Shown: positions 52,022 to 61,175 of the stretch, piece by piece
Position numbering within the stretch: position 1 is the stretch's first letter
Layout: each line of letters starts with the position of its first letter
Virus record (IMG/VR): IMGVR_UViG_3300025117_000034
Length of the DNA: 64,000 nt
Source of the DNA: a virus
Lineage: Duplodnaviria; Heunggongvirae; Uroviricota; Caudoviricetes
Reading direction: 5' to 3' (one strand)
Program-made: the position numbers and the translations under genes
Notes under the pieces: model-generated
What the model saw: only the letters and a program-made list of their open reading frames with translations
Database searches by the model: none
What the model was told of the DNA's origin: nothing

Positions 52022-53780
52022 ATTTATCTGGCGTAGCCGCCGTTACATCCTTGTTATCAGTTGGGGTTAGCTCACCAAACAACTTGGTTAGCTTGGTCTT
52101 CTTCTCCATCTTGATCTCACCTAGTGTCTTTTCCTTCTGTGCTAGGAACTGATCAAGCGGGATACCCTCTGGAGGCATAGCACCAGGGGTCATAGGTGAC
52201 GCTCCTGGAGCAGCTGGGCCTGCCTCTGGTCCTGGGACAGGTGCTGGTGCACCTAGGTCAATACCGCCACCTACGCCTCCTAGAGCACCACCCATTGGTG
52301 TACCCTGTGGTGCTGCACCAAGCTCAGTCTCAACCTTCTTAAGGATATCATTTACATCAAAGTCATTTAGGTTAAGATGCTTGATTGCCCACTTAGCAAA
52401 CTTGTAACGATCATACTCAACCCCAACGCCTTCAAGCAACCGAGCAAACTCAGAGAGGAACCCAATGATTGTCTTGGTTGTCTCTGCCCGTGACAGATCT
52501 TCCGCTGTGGTAACTGATGCAGTGTTTAGGTCAAAGTCATGACGAAGTAGTAGTGGATCACGATAAGCTAAATGGATACGGCATATACGTTTAATACCCC
52601 ACAGTACCTGCATCTTAATACGCCGTACTGTACGTGCATAACGCATAGACATCATGTACAAATTATCAGAGTTAAGTCCACCCATATCAGCAGTGATGCC
52701 AATGAACGGAGGTGGTACTTTGAAACTCCCATAGAGCTTGTTGCGCATATATTCAATGTCAATAATGCCTGAAACTGAGGGATCTTCGCTCCAGTCTTCA
52801 TGAGTTATATCCCCACCATCCTTAGACATAGGAATATAAATGGGCTCAGAAGCTGACAATGCTTTAGCCTGCTGCTGATAGATACTCTCATTAGGAGAGA
52901 AGCTGGATGTGTACTCAAAGCGATTAATAACTCTGTCAAAGTACTCGCGCTGCTGAGCCTTTGGAACTGCATCCATGTTGATCTTTACAATCATTGGACG
53001 ACTGATCTTGGCATTGCGGTACAGCACCATTGAGTCTTCCATCATGTTAAGCTTGCGCCATGTGAGGATTGACTGGCTTAGCAGAGGATCACCATAGGTT
53101 CCTTCTTTGATGCTTCCGTAGAACAGACGCTCACGAAGTCTCTGAGTACCATTACGGAAATGTGCAAACTGCCATGGAGTAAAATAAGTTACCTCATTAT
53201 GATCCTGGCTGAATGCAGCTGACGAGAATGCGAATAGGCTACCATTCTTTTCATATCTCTTAATAAGTTTTGGATGGATGTCGTAATCTAAATTTGTAAC
53301 ACCATGACCACGTTCGCCATCAACCTTAACGAAGTGGTCACCATACTTAATATGTTGGAACGTGATAGACCATACACGCTCAAGAATACCTGAGGACTCA
53401 AGGAACTCATCAACGATATCACGAACCTTACTGTTAAGGCATGAGCACCAAATATGATTATCCTTACCCTCTAGAACATCACCAAAGGCATCCTCAGCAT
53501 ACAGCTCAAGGACTGAGTTAACGATTGAGTCATAGGACATATCTTCAATCTGCACGTATACTTGGTCACGTGAAGCTGCTGGCTTTACGTAGTCCTGATA
53601 GAACTGGAACATCTTGTTGGATGTCTGTACCTGTAAGTACTCACCATCCTGTACGTCAGCAGCTTTGGCTAGAGCCTCATTACCACCAGTTCCAAAGTAT
53701 TCGTTCTTAGGAACTAGTGCTGGAAGTGCCTCGACTTTAACTTTCTTTTTACGGCGAACTACTGGACTCTTAGGTTCCAT
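51918..53780 (-). CDS. candidate portal protein (by size/position)
   Basis: 620 aa. Upstream of the protease/scaffold and MCP. No motif verified. Confidence 0.4.
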   Translation of the reverse strand: MEPKSPVVRRKKKVKVEALPALVPKNEYFGTGGNEALAKAADVQDGEYLQVQTSNKMFQFYQDYVKPAASRDQVYVQIEDMSYDSIVNSVLELYAEDAFGDVLEGKDNHIWCSCLNSKVRDIVDEFLESSGILERVWSITFQHIKYGDHFVKVDGERGHGVTNLDYDIHPKLIKRYEKNGSLFAFSSAAFSQDHNEVTYFTPWQFAHFRNGTQRLRERLFYGSIKEGTYGDPLLSQSILTWRKLNMMEDSMVLYRNAKISRPMIVKINMDAVPKAQQREYFDRVINRFEYTSSFSPNESIYQQQAKALSASEPIYIPMSKDGGDITHEDWSEDPSVSGIIDIEYMRNKLYGSFKVPPPFIGITADMGGLNSDNLYMMSMRYARTVRRIKMQVLWGIKRICRIHLAYRDPLLLRHDFDLNTASVTTAEDLSRAETTKTIIGFLSEFARLLEGVGVEYDRYKFAKWAIKHLNLNDFDVNDILKKVETELGAAPQGTPMGGALGGVGGGIDLGAPAPVPGPEAGPAAPGASPMTPGAMPPEGIPLDQFLAQKEKTLGEIKMEKKTKLTKLFGELTPTDNKDVTAATPDKYEDKGKGKYDFKEVRKFVRVSDSKGKSKEVQSKE

Positions 53781-53783
53781 ATC

Positions 53784-54602
53784 TTATAGATCCCATTCTT
53801 TAGCTGAGGTATCTTCTATTATCCCTGACTTAACAAGCTTGCTCTCCTGGCCTATAACAGAAATGCCAGCTTCACTTATGTCCTTCATATCAATAGAGTT
53901 ACTACCTGTTGCATTTAGATTACCACCAATGCGCATAGGCAAACCAATAGCACTGGTAAGACCACAGTTATTCAATGTTAGGTCACCCTCGATAATTCCA
54001 ACTGGACGTTCAGCAACGCCGCCTGACACACTACCCTTCTTGAACTTCATGTTGGTTAGTGTCAAGCTGCTGTCAAGTCTCTGCGGCATACCAGCTAGAG
54101 TGAACTCCCGCTGCATGTTTGGTGTTACAATAATCTCAATTAGGCCCTTACCAGTTGGCTGTGCAAAACCAGTGAAGTCCTTAGCCATAATGTATACACT
54201 GTTCAGTTTGATATCACCAGACACCTTTGTTGGGAATCCAGCAAAGGACTTAATGACACAGTTGTTCAGTGTGAAGTTACCGTTGATCTCTTGAGGAAAG
54301 TTCTGGAATGAGGCTAGAACAGCATTAGATATTACTAATGAAACATCACATGCGTCAATCTTAACTGGAAGAATACCATTGGTTAAGGTTGGATTTGTTA
54401 GTCTTAGTTCCTTCTTGCCAACCTGCCTCTGACCTGAAGGAAGATCCTCCACAGGAGCAAAGTTACCATCCTGCAGGGTTAGTACATCTGTCTCTTGATT
54501 GTAATCAGCGAAGGCTAAATTCTTGATATCATTACCTTTGTCTGAGTCAGCTGCACCAATAGCAATAAGACCAAGTATCATATCTTTAGGGGATCGTGCC
54601 AT
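53784..54602 (-). CDS. leucine-rich-repeat-like protein
   Basis: Repeated ~22-aa units of the form L.LNNC.I.SFAGFP..V.GD..L. Confidence 0.4.
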   Translation of the reverse strand: MARSPKDMILGLIAIGAADSDKGNDIKNLAFADYNQETDVLTLQDGNFAPVEDLPSGQRQVGKKELRLTNPTLTNGILPVKIDACDVSLVISNAVLASFQNFPQEINGNFTLNNCVIKSFAGFPTKVSGDIKLNSVYIMAKDFTGFAQPTGKGLIEIIVTPNMQREFTLAGMPQRLDSSLTLTNMKFKKGSVSGGVAERPVGIIEGDLTLNNCGLTSAIGLPMRIGGNLNATGSNSIDMKDISEAGISVIGQESKLVKSGIIEDTSAKEWDL

Positions 54603-54840
54603 TTATGTCTCCTGATGTAACTACACAACATATGTATAAGTAAGGGAAAAAAAGAAGCTAGGGGGTTACCCTAGCTTCACGCTGACGGATTGGTTTGACT
54701 CTGTACTATATAGCTTGCCACACTCAGTACAACGCTTTACTCCAGGTGTTCTTGTGTCTTCGAACAATGCACATACATGTTTGTCACAAGCGCACGTATC
54801 CTTCCTGCACCAACCTTCGTTGTTACCACAACAGTTCATA

Positions 54841-55029
54841 CTATTTGCCCTCCTGTTCCTTTAGGGCATCCTCTGCTGTACGTGTAATCTTTAGCTTTGC
54901 ATCGTACTGGTCTAAAGGAAGAACAAACTTTGTTTCCCCACGGTTAATTGCGTCAAGGATATTGGGGATAACATCACTTGCTAACTGAAGAATCAACTTA
55001 ACTAGTTCAGGATCAATCTTAGTAGACAT
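54841..55029 (-). CDS. hypothetical mini-protein
   Basis: ORF track, 62 aa. Confidence 0.35.
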   Translation of the reverse strand: MSTKIDPELVKLILQLASDVIPNILDAINRGETKFVLPLDQYDAKLKITRTAEDALKEQEGK

Positions 55030-55042
55030 GTTCTATCTCCTT

Positions 55043-55498
55043 TTACTGTTGGACGGCAGTAAGAAGATTCTGCCCTTCAACAAGAATACCTGTGATGTTT
55101 GCAAGTGCTGAATTAATAAGAGCTTCCTTAGCTGACATCTTACTTTCAATCTGTGATACTGATGCTGCATCTCCAGCCTGATCTGCCGTAGCAAGCTGCT
55201 GTAACATCCCAGCGTAAACCTTTAATACCTCTGTTAATGCATTCTGAGATGCTCTGAACTTAGCATCAACTGAACTCCAACTGTTCCACTGTGCATCTGT
55301 CATCATACCAGCAATCTTTGCTTTAGCAAATGCATCTTGGGTATTATACCATGTAGCACGTGTGGTCATCATGGTATTAGTGCTAACCTGCAGAAACTTG
55401 TTTGTTACCTGACCATCCTGAATATAGTACTTTGTACCAACACATCCTGGAGCAGCTAGAATAGCACAGAGTAGAACCAAACCCAACAGTTTCTTCAT
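55043..55498 (-). CDS. lipoprotein (candidate o-spanin-position gene)
   Basis: MKKLLGLVLLCAILAAPGC signal plus lipobox. Confidence 0.5.
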   Translation of the reverse strand: MKKLLGLVLLCAILAAPGCVGTKYYIQDGQVTNKFLQVSTNTMMTTRATWYNTQDAFAKAKIAGMMTDAQWNSWSSVDAKFRASQNALTEVLKVYAGMLQQLATADQAGDAASVSQIESKMSAKEALINSALANITGILVEGQNLLTAVQQ

Positions 55499-55507
55499 AC
55501 GTTCCTC

Positions 55508-55918
55508 CTAGCCCTTTGATGGCTTAGCATAAGTTACAATCTTTGCAATGATAACAGGCATGTACTCTTTACCAAGAATAGCTAGAATATCCATACCCTT
55601 TGTCTTGCCCAGATTGATTGCAATCTTAGTTGCCTCGTCACGTGCTTCAAGGATATCCTTCTTTTTAAGCTTGCCCTTCTTTGCCTTCAACGCACGAACA
55701 GTTTCAACGTACACCTGCTCAACTGCAACCTCTACTAGCTTGTAGGCTTCCTCATACAGATCGTTCTTCTTACGGAGTGCCTCTGTCTTCTTTGCTGCCC
55801 ACATCTTAAAAGCTGCCCAAACTGGGGCACCAACTACTGCAAGAACGCCAAACACATACTGCCAAAGATCTGCTTGGGTCAATGCATTTACTAATGCTGC
55901 CTTAATTTCTGGTGTCAT
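55508..55918 (-). CDS. type II membrane coiled-coil protein (i-spanin-like)
   Basis: N-terminal TM LWQYVFGVLAVVGAPVWAAF, then a K/E-rich helical periplasmic domain. Confidence 0.4.
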   Translation of the reverse strand: MTPEIKAALVNALTQADLWQYVFGVLAVVGAPVWAAFKMWAAKKTEALRKKNDLYEEAYKLVEVAVEQVYVETVRALKAKKGKLKKKDILEARDEATKIAINLGKTKGMDILAILGKEYMPVIIAKIVTYAKPSKG

Positions 55919-56178
55919 TTAACACCTCCTAGAATAGTATACAAATAAATTGATACCAAGAATAACATAATGCCAGCAAGATCTGCAAATAAATCCCATA
56001 AATCACAGCAGTGTGGTGGGTTATAGTGATCCCACATTTCCTTTGCTGCGCCAATACCCAGAGCTACAGCGCACACAAACAACACTGAACTGAGTGATTG
56101 TCCATACAGCAGGACCCAGCAGATTATGAAGCTTACCAAGGCGTGAAGAATTTTGTCCTTAAATTTCATGTCTACCAT
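55915..56178 (-). CDS. small multi-TM protein (holin-like)
   Basis: 87 aa with 3 hydrophobic segments. ATGA-coupled upstream of the i-spanin-like gene. Confidence 0.4.
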   Translation of the reverse strand: MVDMKFKDKILHALVSFIICWVLLYGQSLSSVLFVCAVALGIGAAKEMWDHYNPPHCCDLWDLFADLAGIMLFLVSIYLYTILGGVK

Positions 56179-56453
56179 GTGAACCAGGATTTAATTATGC
56201 TCCATGCAGATGGCTTCTTGTCCTCATCTGACATGAAATCTCTAACTGCGTTATCCATGGCTCTCTTTCTATTAAATGAAAACGAGCTATACAGCATCTT
56301 TATGATGGAGTGCAGCTCTTTACTGCACTCTGAACAAAGTTCCAGATCACCTAAGTATACCAGCTTATTATCTAAATCGTTCTTAGTCAAAAGCTTAAAA
56401 CACTTATCACAGATTGTCTTTTTCATTGAGCACACCTCTAACCCTTTGCTCAA
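56172..56453 (-). CDS. zinc-ribbon protein
   Basis: CDKC...CSEC. Confidence 0.45.
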   Translation of the reverse strand: MSKGLEVCSMKKTICDKCFKLLTKNDLDNKLVYLGDLELCSECSKELHSIIKMLYSSFSFNRKRAMDNAVRDFMSDEDKKPSAWSIIKSWFTW

Positions 56454-56468
56454 TGTATAACTAAAAAG

Positions 56469-58781
56469 TTATGCAGCACCAACCATAAGTTCGAAGGCTC
56501 TGACTGCAGCACCCCATGTAAACATCTGAGCCTTCTTAATACCAGCCTCTGACTTCTTCTTCAGTGTCTCACGATCATCATACGAGTTACGCATATGAGC
56601 TACAAGTGAGTCCATACTTGGCTGAAGATTGAACCAGCCATTGTCTGTATCCTTTGCATCAATGTATGCTGGAGCTCCACAAGCAACTGTGCTGCAGGTT
56701 ACCAAGTAACTTGTATCCTTTGAAGTGAAATCCATACTACCACCACCGGCTGTGATAATAGCTGGTGTACCTACAGCCATAGCCTCAAGAGCGCATAGGT
56801 TGAACCCTTCTCCACGGTTGGGACTAACTACTACATTGGCCCTCTTGTACAACCCAGCGATAGCTTCCTGTGGCATGAATGAATCCATCACAGTAATGCG
56901 CGGATAATTCTCCTTGCCCTGCATGTGCTGCCGAACCTGCTGCACAAAGTTAGGCATGTTAGGAGCCTGCAGTGTCTTGATAACAAGGGCAACATTGTCT
57001 GACTTGCTAAATGCTTTTGTATATGCATCCAGAACATAGCTAACACCCTTGCGGCTATCAACTGACATTAGACTACCAAGCATAAGGATTACAAATGTAT
57101 CTTTCTTGATGTCAGAGAAATCATGTGGCGTGGCATCAGTGTTGAACACTGACTGGTTGTACCCCAGACCCATGCCTTTAACCTTTTCTTTTGGAACACC
57201 TGAGCCAGTGAATACAAACTCCTCATGCTTGGACAAAGGCATAACATAGTGCAAACCTGGGTTCCATGATTCCTGGACCCACGACTTAGGAAGGTTCTGC
57301 CATTCATAAGGAACAAGATTTACATTTGTCCGACCAACCATAAGCTTACTGTCTAGTGGATAGGATACTCTCAGGTGGTAATCAAAGTTACGGTGTGCAT
57401 AGCTATTGTAGCATGCTGTACGTGCTAGCTCCTTGTTCTGGTTCCAGTGATCCACTGTGAAGTTAGTGTGCTCTACAACATACCCACGTTTGCTGAACTC
57501 CTCAGCTAGTGCCCTGCACACTACTCCGTAAGAGAATGTTGGGCTATCATTACCCTGGATAAGAATGCTACGAGCCGTACTACCAATAAAACACCCTCTT
57601 GGCTCATTTTCTACACAAACTATATTCTCAACCAAATCAACCCACTGCTTCTGAATTACTGGTGCACTATACTTTGCAATGATGTACTCACGCATCGCAG
57701 TCTTTTCTTCTTCAATGGAAACATTGTTCTTCCATGTCTGGTACATCACCTCGAGTGCTTCAGCTGCTTTGTCCGTGTCCATCAATGGACGATCAACACC
57801 AAGGTCTGGCTGGATGTCAAAGGCAATTGGATCAATAAGAACTCCATGGTTGTCAATGATCTCAGGCATAGTTGAGCTCTTGGTAGTGATATTGACAACA
57901 CCACATGCCATTGTCTCAATCAGTGTTACTCCGAATCCTTCTGACGCTGATGGCAAACAATGTACATCTGCCATGTTCATTAGGCTGACCAGTTCTTCTG
58001 TGGAGCACTGCAGCTTACTTGATAGACCACATGAGTCCTTCACACCAAAACGTTCAATCAGGTAAGGAAGGTTGTACCCTGTCTGAAGATTAGTTGACAC
58101 AGTACTCACGTCAGTGTGCATAATAAGAACTGCATCCTTCTTGTCTTTTACGAACTTAGCCCACGCACGAATAAGAAGATCAGGACGCTTTCTCCACTGG
58201 TTACGCGAAACAAATAGTGCTACAAACTTGTCCTCGAAGCCACCCTTCTTCTTAAGCTCCTTCTTGTCTGCTACAGGCTTGAACACTTCAGTATCAACAC
58301 CCAGATAAATAGTTGAAACAGTGTGCTCATTAGGATGTTTATCTAAATACGTGCTATATATTCTCTTGCCATAATCAGCCATGAATACAAGATGCTTACG
58401 GAACCAGATCTGGCTATGAACTGCAGGCTCATTGATTGGCTCGCAGTCAACCGCCACCCAGTGAATACAACGGTTACGCCACTTCTCAGGCAGCTTTGCA
58501 ATATCCATTGTCCAGCTAAACTCAGCAACTGAAATAATTACATCTGGCTGCTCAACAAGAATGATGTGATAGATCTCGTGGTACTCACTTGTACCCTTCA
58601 CACCATATAGCTTCCAATGTGGCTGGAACATTGAGATACCTTGGTCCTTTGCATTGAACCCAATGGACACAACCTCGCTACCATTGTTAATGAACCCGTT
58701 TGCAATTAGTCTGATCTGGTTTGAGAACCCTGTGTGTTGAGCCGGAGAATCGCCAATGATTAGAATCTTACGCACATGCAT
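56469..58781 (-). CDS. dual-domain GT4 (GT-B) glycosyltransferase
   Basis: Two E-x7-E GT4 signatures: EGFGVTLIETMACGV and EGFNLCALEAMAVGTPAI. Confidence 0.75.
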   Translation of the reverse strand: MHVRKILIIGDSPAQHTGFSNQIRLIANGFINNGSEVVSIGFNAKDQGISMFQPHWKLYGVKGTSEYHEIYHIILVEQPDVIISVAEFSWTMDIAKLPEKWRNRCIHWVAVDCEPINEPAVHSQIWFRKHLVFMADYGKRIYSTYLDKHPNEHTVSTIYLGVDTEVFKPVADKKELKKKGGFEDKFVALFVSRNQWRKRPDLLIRAWAKFVKDKKDAVLIMHTDVSTVSTNLQTGYNLPYLIERFGVKDSCGLSSKLQCSTEELVSLMNMADVHCLPSASEGFGVTLIETMACGVVNITTKSSTMPEIIDNHGVLIDPIAFDIQPDLGVDRPLMDTDKAAEALEVMYQTWKNNVSIEEEKTAMREYIIAKYSAPVIQKQWVDLVENIVCVENEPRGCFIGSTARSILIQGNDSPTFSYGVVCRALAEEFSKRGYVVEHTNFTVDHWNQNKELARTACYNSYAHRNFDYHLRVSYPLDSKLMVGRTNVNLVPYEWQNLPKSWVQESWNPGLHYVMPLSKHEEFVFTGSGVPKEKVKGMGLGYNQSVFNTDATPHDFSDIKKDTFVILMLGSLMSVDSRKGVSYVLDAYTKAFSKSDNVALVIKTLQAPNMPNFVQQVRQHMQGKENYPRITVMDSFMPQEAIAGLYKRANVVVSPNRGEGFNLCALEAMAVGTPAIITAGGGSMDFTSKDTSYLVTCSTVACGAPAYIDAKDTDNGWFNLQPSMDSLVAHMRNSYDDRETLKKKSEAGIKKAQMFTWGAAVRAFELMVGAA

Positions 58782-58841
58782 CTCCTATGTGGTTTTTACT
58801 TACACTTATATTATACTAGGTAGGAGGTATTTTTTAAAGTG

Positions 58842-59183
58842 TTACTTTAAGATTAGTTTGTATAATGCAGCAGCAATGGCACCTATTGTGGTTGTGCCTA
58901 AAATCATAAGGAGTTTGTTATGCCAGGATACCTGCTGCTGTACTGCAATGAACTCTGGGTTGTACTTCTCGCAATGTGCATCTCTTTTATTTACTCTCTC
59001 AGTTAGGTTCTTAATCTCTGTCTGCATACCAACTAGAGTTGAGATAGCTTCTCTTACTTCCTTGGCAAAGGAGTGCGCCATCTCACGTATCTCCCTGATA
59101 TCCTGCGAGATATTACCTACAGTGTTCTCGATGTTGTTAACCTGGGACTTCACCGCGTTCATCTCTTGATCATCAGGTGCCAT
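58842..59183 (-). CDS. coiled-coil protein with C-terminal TM
   Basis: ORF track, 113 aa. Promoter-like GTATATAAGTAATTC motif upstream. Confidence 0.5.
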   Translation of the reverse strand: MAPDDQEMNAVKSQVNNIENTVGNISQDIREIREMAHSFAKEVREAISTLVGMQTEIKNLTERVNKRDAHCEKYNPEFIAVQQQVSWHNKLLMILGTTTIGAIAAALYKLILK

Positions 59184-59418
59184 TGTTGTTCCCTCGTGCT
59201 GTAGTTATTGCCTGAGTATATAAGTAATTCTAAAACAAGGTGTCAATTTGTAACCATTGCTCTGCGGTAAAGTCCCCATCAACAAGGGAATAGCCAAGCT
59301 CACAGGTAACAGCGAGTAATGACACTCCTGTTAGTTCCTTTATAGCGGTGTGAAGTTCCTCGGATATAACCCACGAGCTATTGTTGAATTTTCGTTCTTC
59401 TCTCATATGTCTGCTCCA

Positions 59419-61035
59419 CTAAATGTATTTAATGTTTATACAAACCTTGCCAGGAATGATTGACGCTGTGTTTCCGGTAGTACCAATACATACCTCAGTT
59501 GAAGCTGTGACATTACCGTTCACAATGTCGTTAACACTTATGTTCACTGTAGGTGTTAGGTCAACGTAATCCGTAGCATTAGTTGATATATCCCCACTGT
59601 AGTAAGAAACTCCATTAACAATAATCTTAATTCTACCATATGCAGGTACTCCTGCGTTATCTGTCTTCAAGCCAAAACAAGAGTTTCCCATAGCAGCAAC
59701 TACTGTCTCTGAACCCCAAACGTTAATTAATGGGACTCTTATTTGAGTTGTTGTTCCTGTCTTGTACGCAGGGTAACCGTCAACAGATGTAGTAACAGTT
59801 GTATTTACGTCTCTAAGTACGAACGCTCTTGTCATTGGTGAATCATCTAGCGTGTCTAATGCTGCTTGTACAGTGGTGTCTGCTGTTGACAAACGCTTAC
59901 TGAAATTAGTAGTGTCTGGCGCAATCGCTGTCGCAGGGTGTGAGTTAGCATCTGTACGGTTAGATAGCGCAGAGTGTGACGTGGCTGAAACAATACCACT
60001 AAGCACTGACCTTGTACCAATCAGACGATTAACAGACTCAATTACAGTGTAGAACGAAGTACCTGCCACTGTTCCACGCTTGCAGACAATCTGATATAGT
60101 GGGGCAAGTTCTCTAAATGGTACATGTGCCCCCCATGAGATAGCTGTGGCAAATGAAGCTGCTGACGCAGTTGCGCTTGATGTGTGGAGAACCTGTCCTT
60201 GGATAAATACCATCTTGTGTTTATTGTCTATTGTAGGTACTGCACATACCCACACGTTGAACCAACTATTGATTGTGCTGATTTCTGTGTTTGTCCAATT
60301 ACCACCCGACAACTGATTATAGAACGGGTTGGTTGTGTTGTTGATAAATGGAGTGTTACTGTCTTGCCAATCCCACTCGCCAGTCACATCTGCCCCACTG
60401 CGATACCAACAGTTATAGGAAGTATTAGCTGACACAGCGGGGATAGTAGTGTACAGGTCTTCGTCTGCAATAACCCCTGTGCCCACTGTTGGTTGAACAT
60501 CAACAAGGACATTTGAGTTGACGGTGTAGCTTGAAATAGCAAACCCGCTTGTAACCCGTGTACCCTCGTGAGTGTGCTCGTACAGGTGAGTTGCATTGCT
60601 CATACCACTTGAAGCAGGGTGTCTCTCATCCATTAGGATTCCCTTGCCTGTAGTGGCATTATAGTACACTGCTGCTATCGGGGCATCGTCTACTAAATTC
60701 CAAGATGCTGTGTTAAATGTAACTGCTCCACTGCTAAGTACCTGCAAGAAGTATGAGTCGGTGACATCAACATGGTTAAAGGTCTGAGTAGGCAGTGGAT
60801 ACTTTACCCCTGCCACATACGCCGATGCACCGTTAGCAGACATGGTAACAACCATATTAGCCGAGTCATACGCAAGGGATACCGCTGTGTTGTTGTCTAT
60901 GCCGTTGTAGTTTGTCAATGACGATTGAGTGTCAGTTATCTTAGACCCATTAACGCCAATAAGAGTACTCGACAGGTTCTCGTAGGTATTGGCTGACACC
61001 TTATCATCGAATTTATGCTGACCAAAATATTCCAT
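59419..61035 (-). CDS. tail fibre / receptor-binding protein candidate
   Basis: 538 aa, S/T/N/G-rich, beta-rich composition. Adjacent to the fibre genes. Confidence 0.5.
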   Translation of the reverse strand: MEYFGQHKFDDKVSANTYENLSSTLIGVNGSKITDTQSSLTNYNGIDNNTAVSLAYDSANMVVTMSANGASAYVAGVKYPLPTQTFNHVDVTDSYFLQVLSSGAVTFNTASWNLVDDAPIAAVYYNATTGKGILMDERHPASSGMSNATHLYEHTHEGTRVTSGFAISSYTVNSNVLVDVQPTVGTGVIADEDLYTTIPAVSANTSYNCWYRSGADVTGEWDWQDSNTPFINNTTNPFYNQLSGGNWTNTEISTINSWFNVWVCAVPTIDNKHKMVFIQGQVLHTSSATASAASFATAISWGAHVPFRELAPLYQIVCKRGTVAGTSFYTVIESVNRLIGTRSVLSGIVSATSHSALSNRTDANSHPATAIAPDTTNFSKRLSTADTTVQAALDTLDDSPMTRAFVLRDVNTTVTTSVDGYPAYKTGTTTQIRVPLINVWGSETVVAAMGNSCFGLKTDNAGVPAYGRIKIIVNGVSYYSGDISTNATDYVDLTPTVNISVNDIVNGNVTASTEVCIGTTGNTASIIPGKVCINIKYI

Positions 61036-61175
61036 TATTGTTTTACCTCCGCTATCACTTCTATTACTGTGCTCACCATCTCACCAACTATATAAGGTGG
61101 TGTGTTCTCCACTATAACAGACCATCAACACTCTTAGTGTCTGACAGAGTTATATCACCTATGGAGCGCATATAA

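Noticed and set aside
33703-59231. Labelling the TATAAGTA-containing motifs as T4-type late promoters (TATAAATA)
   Set aside because: The T4-like reading is on the strand opposite to all downstream genes. Retained only as an orientation-agnostic conserved promoter-like motif.
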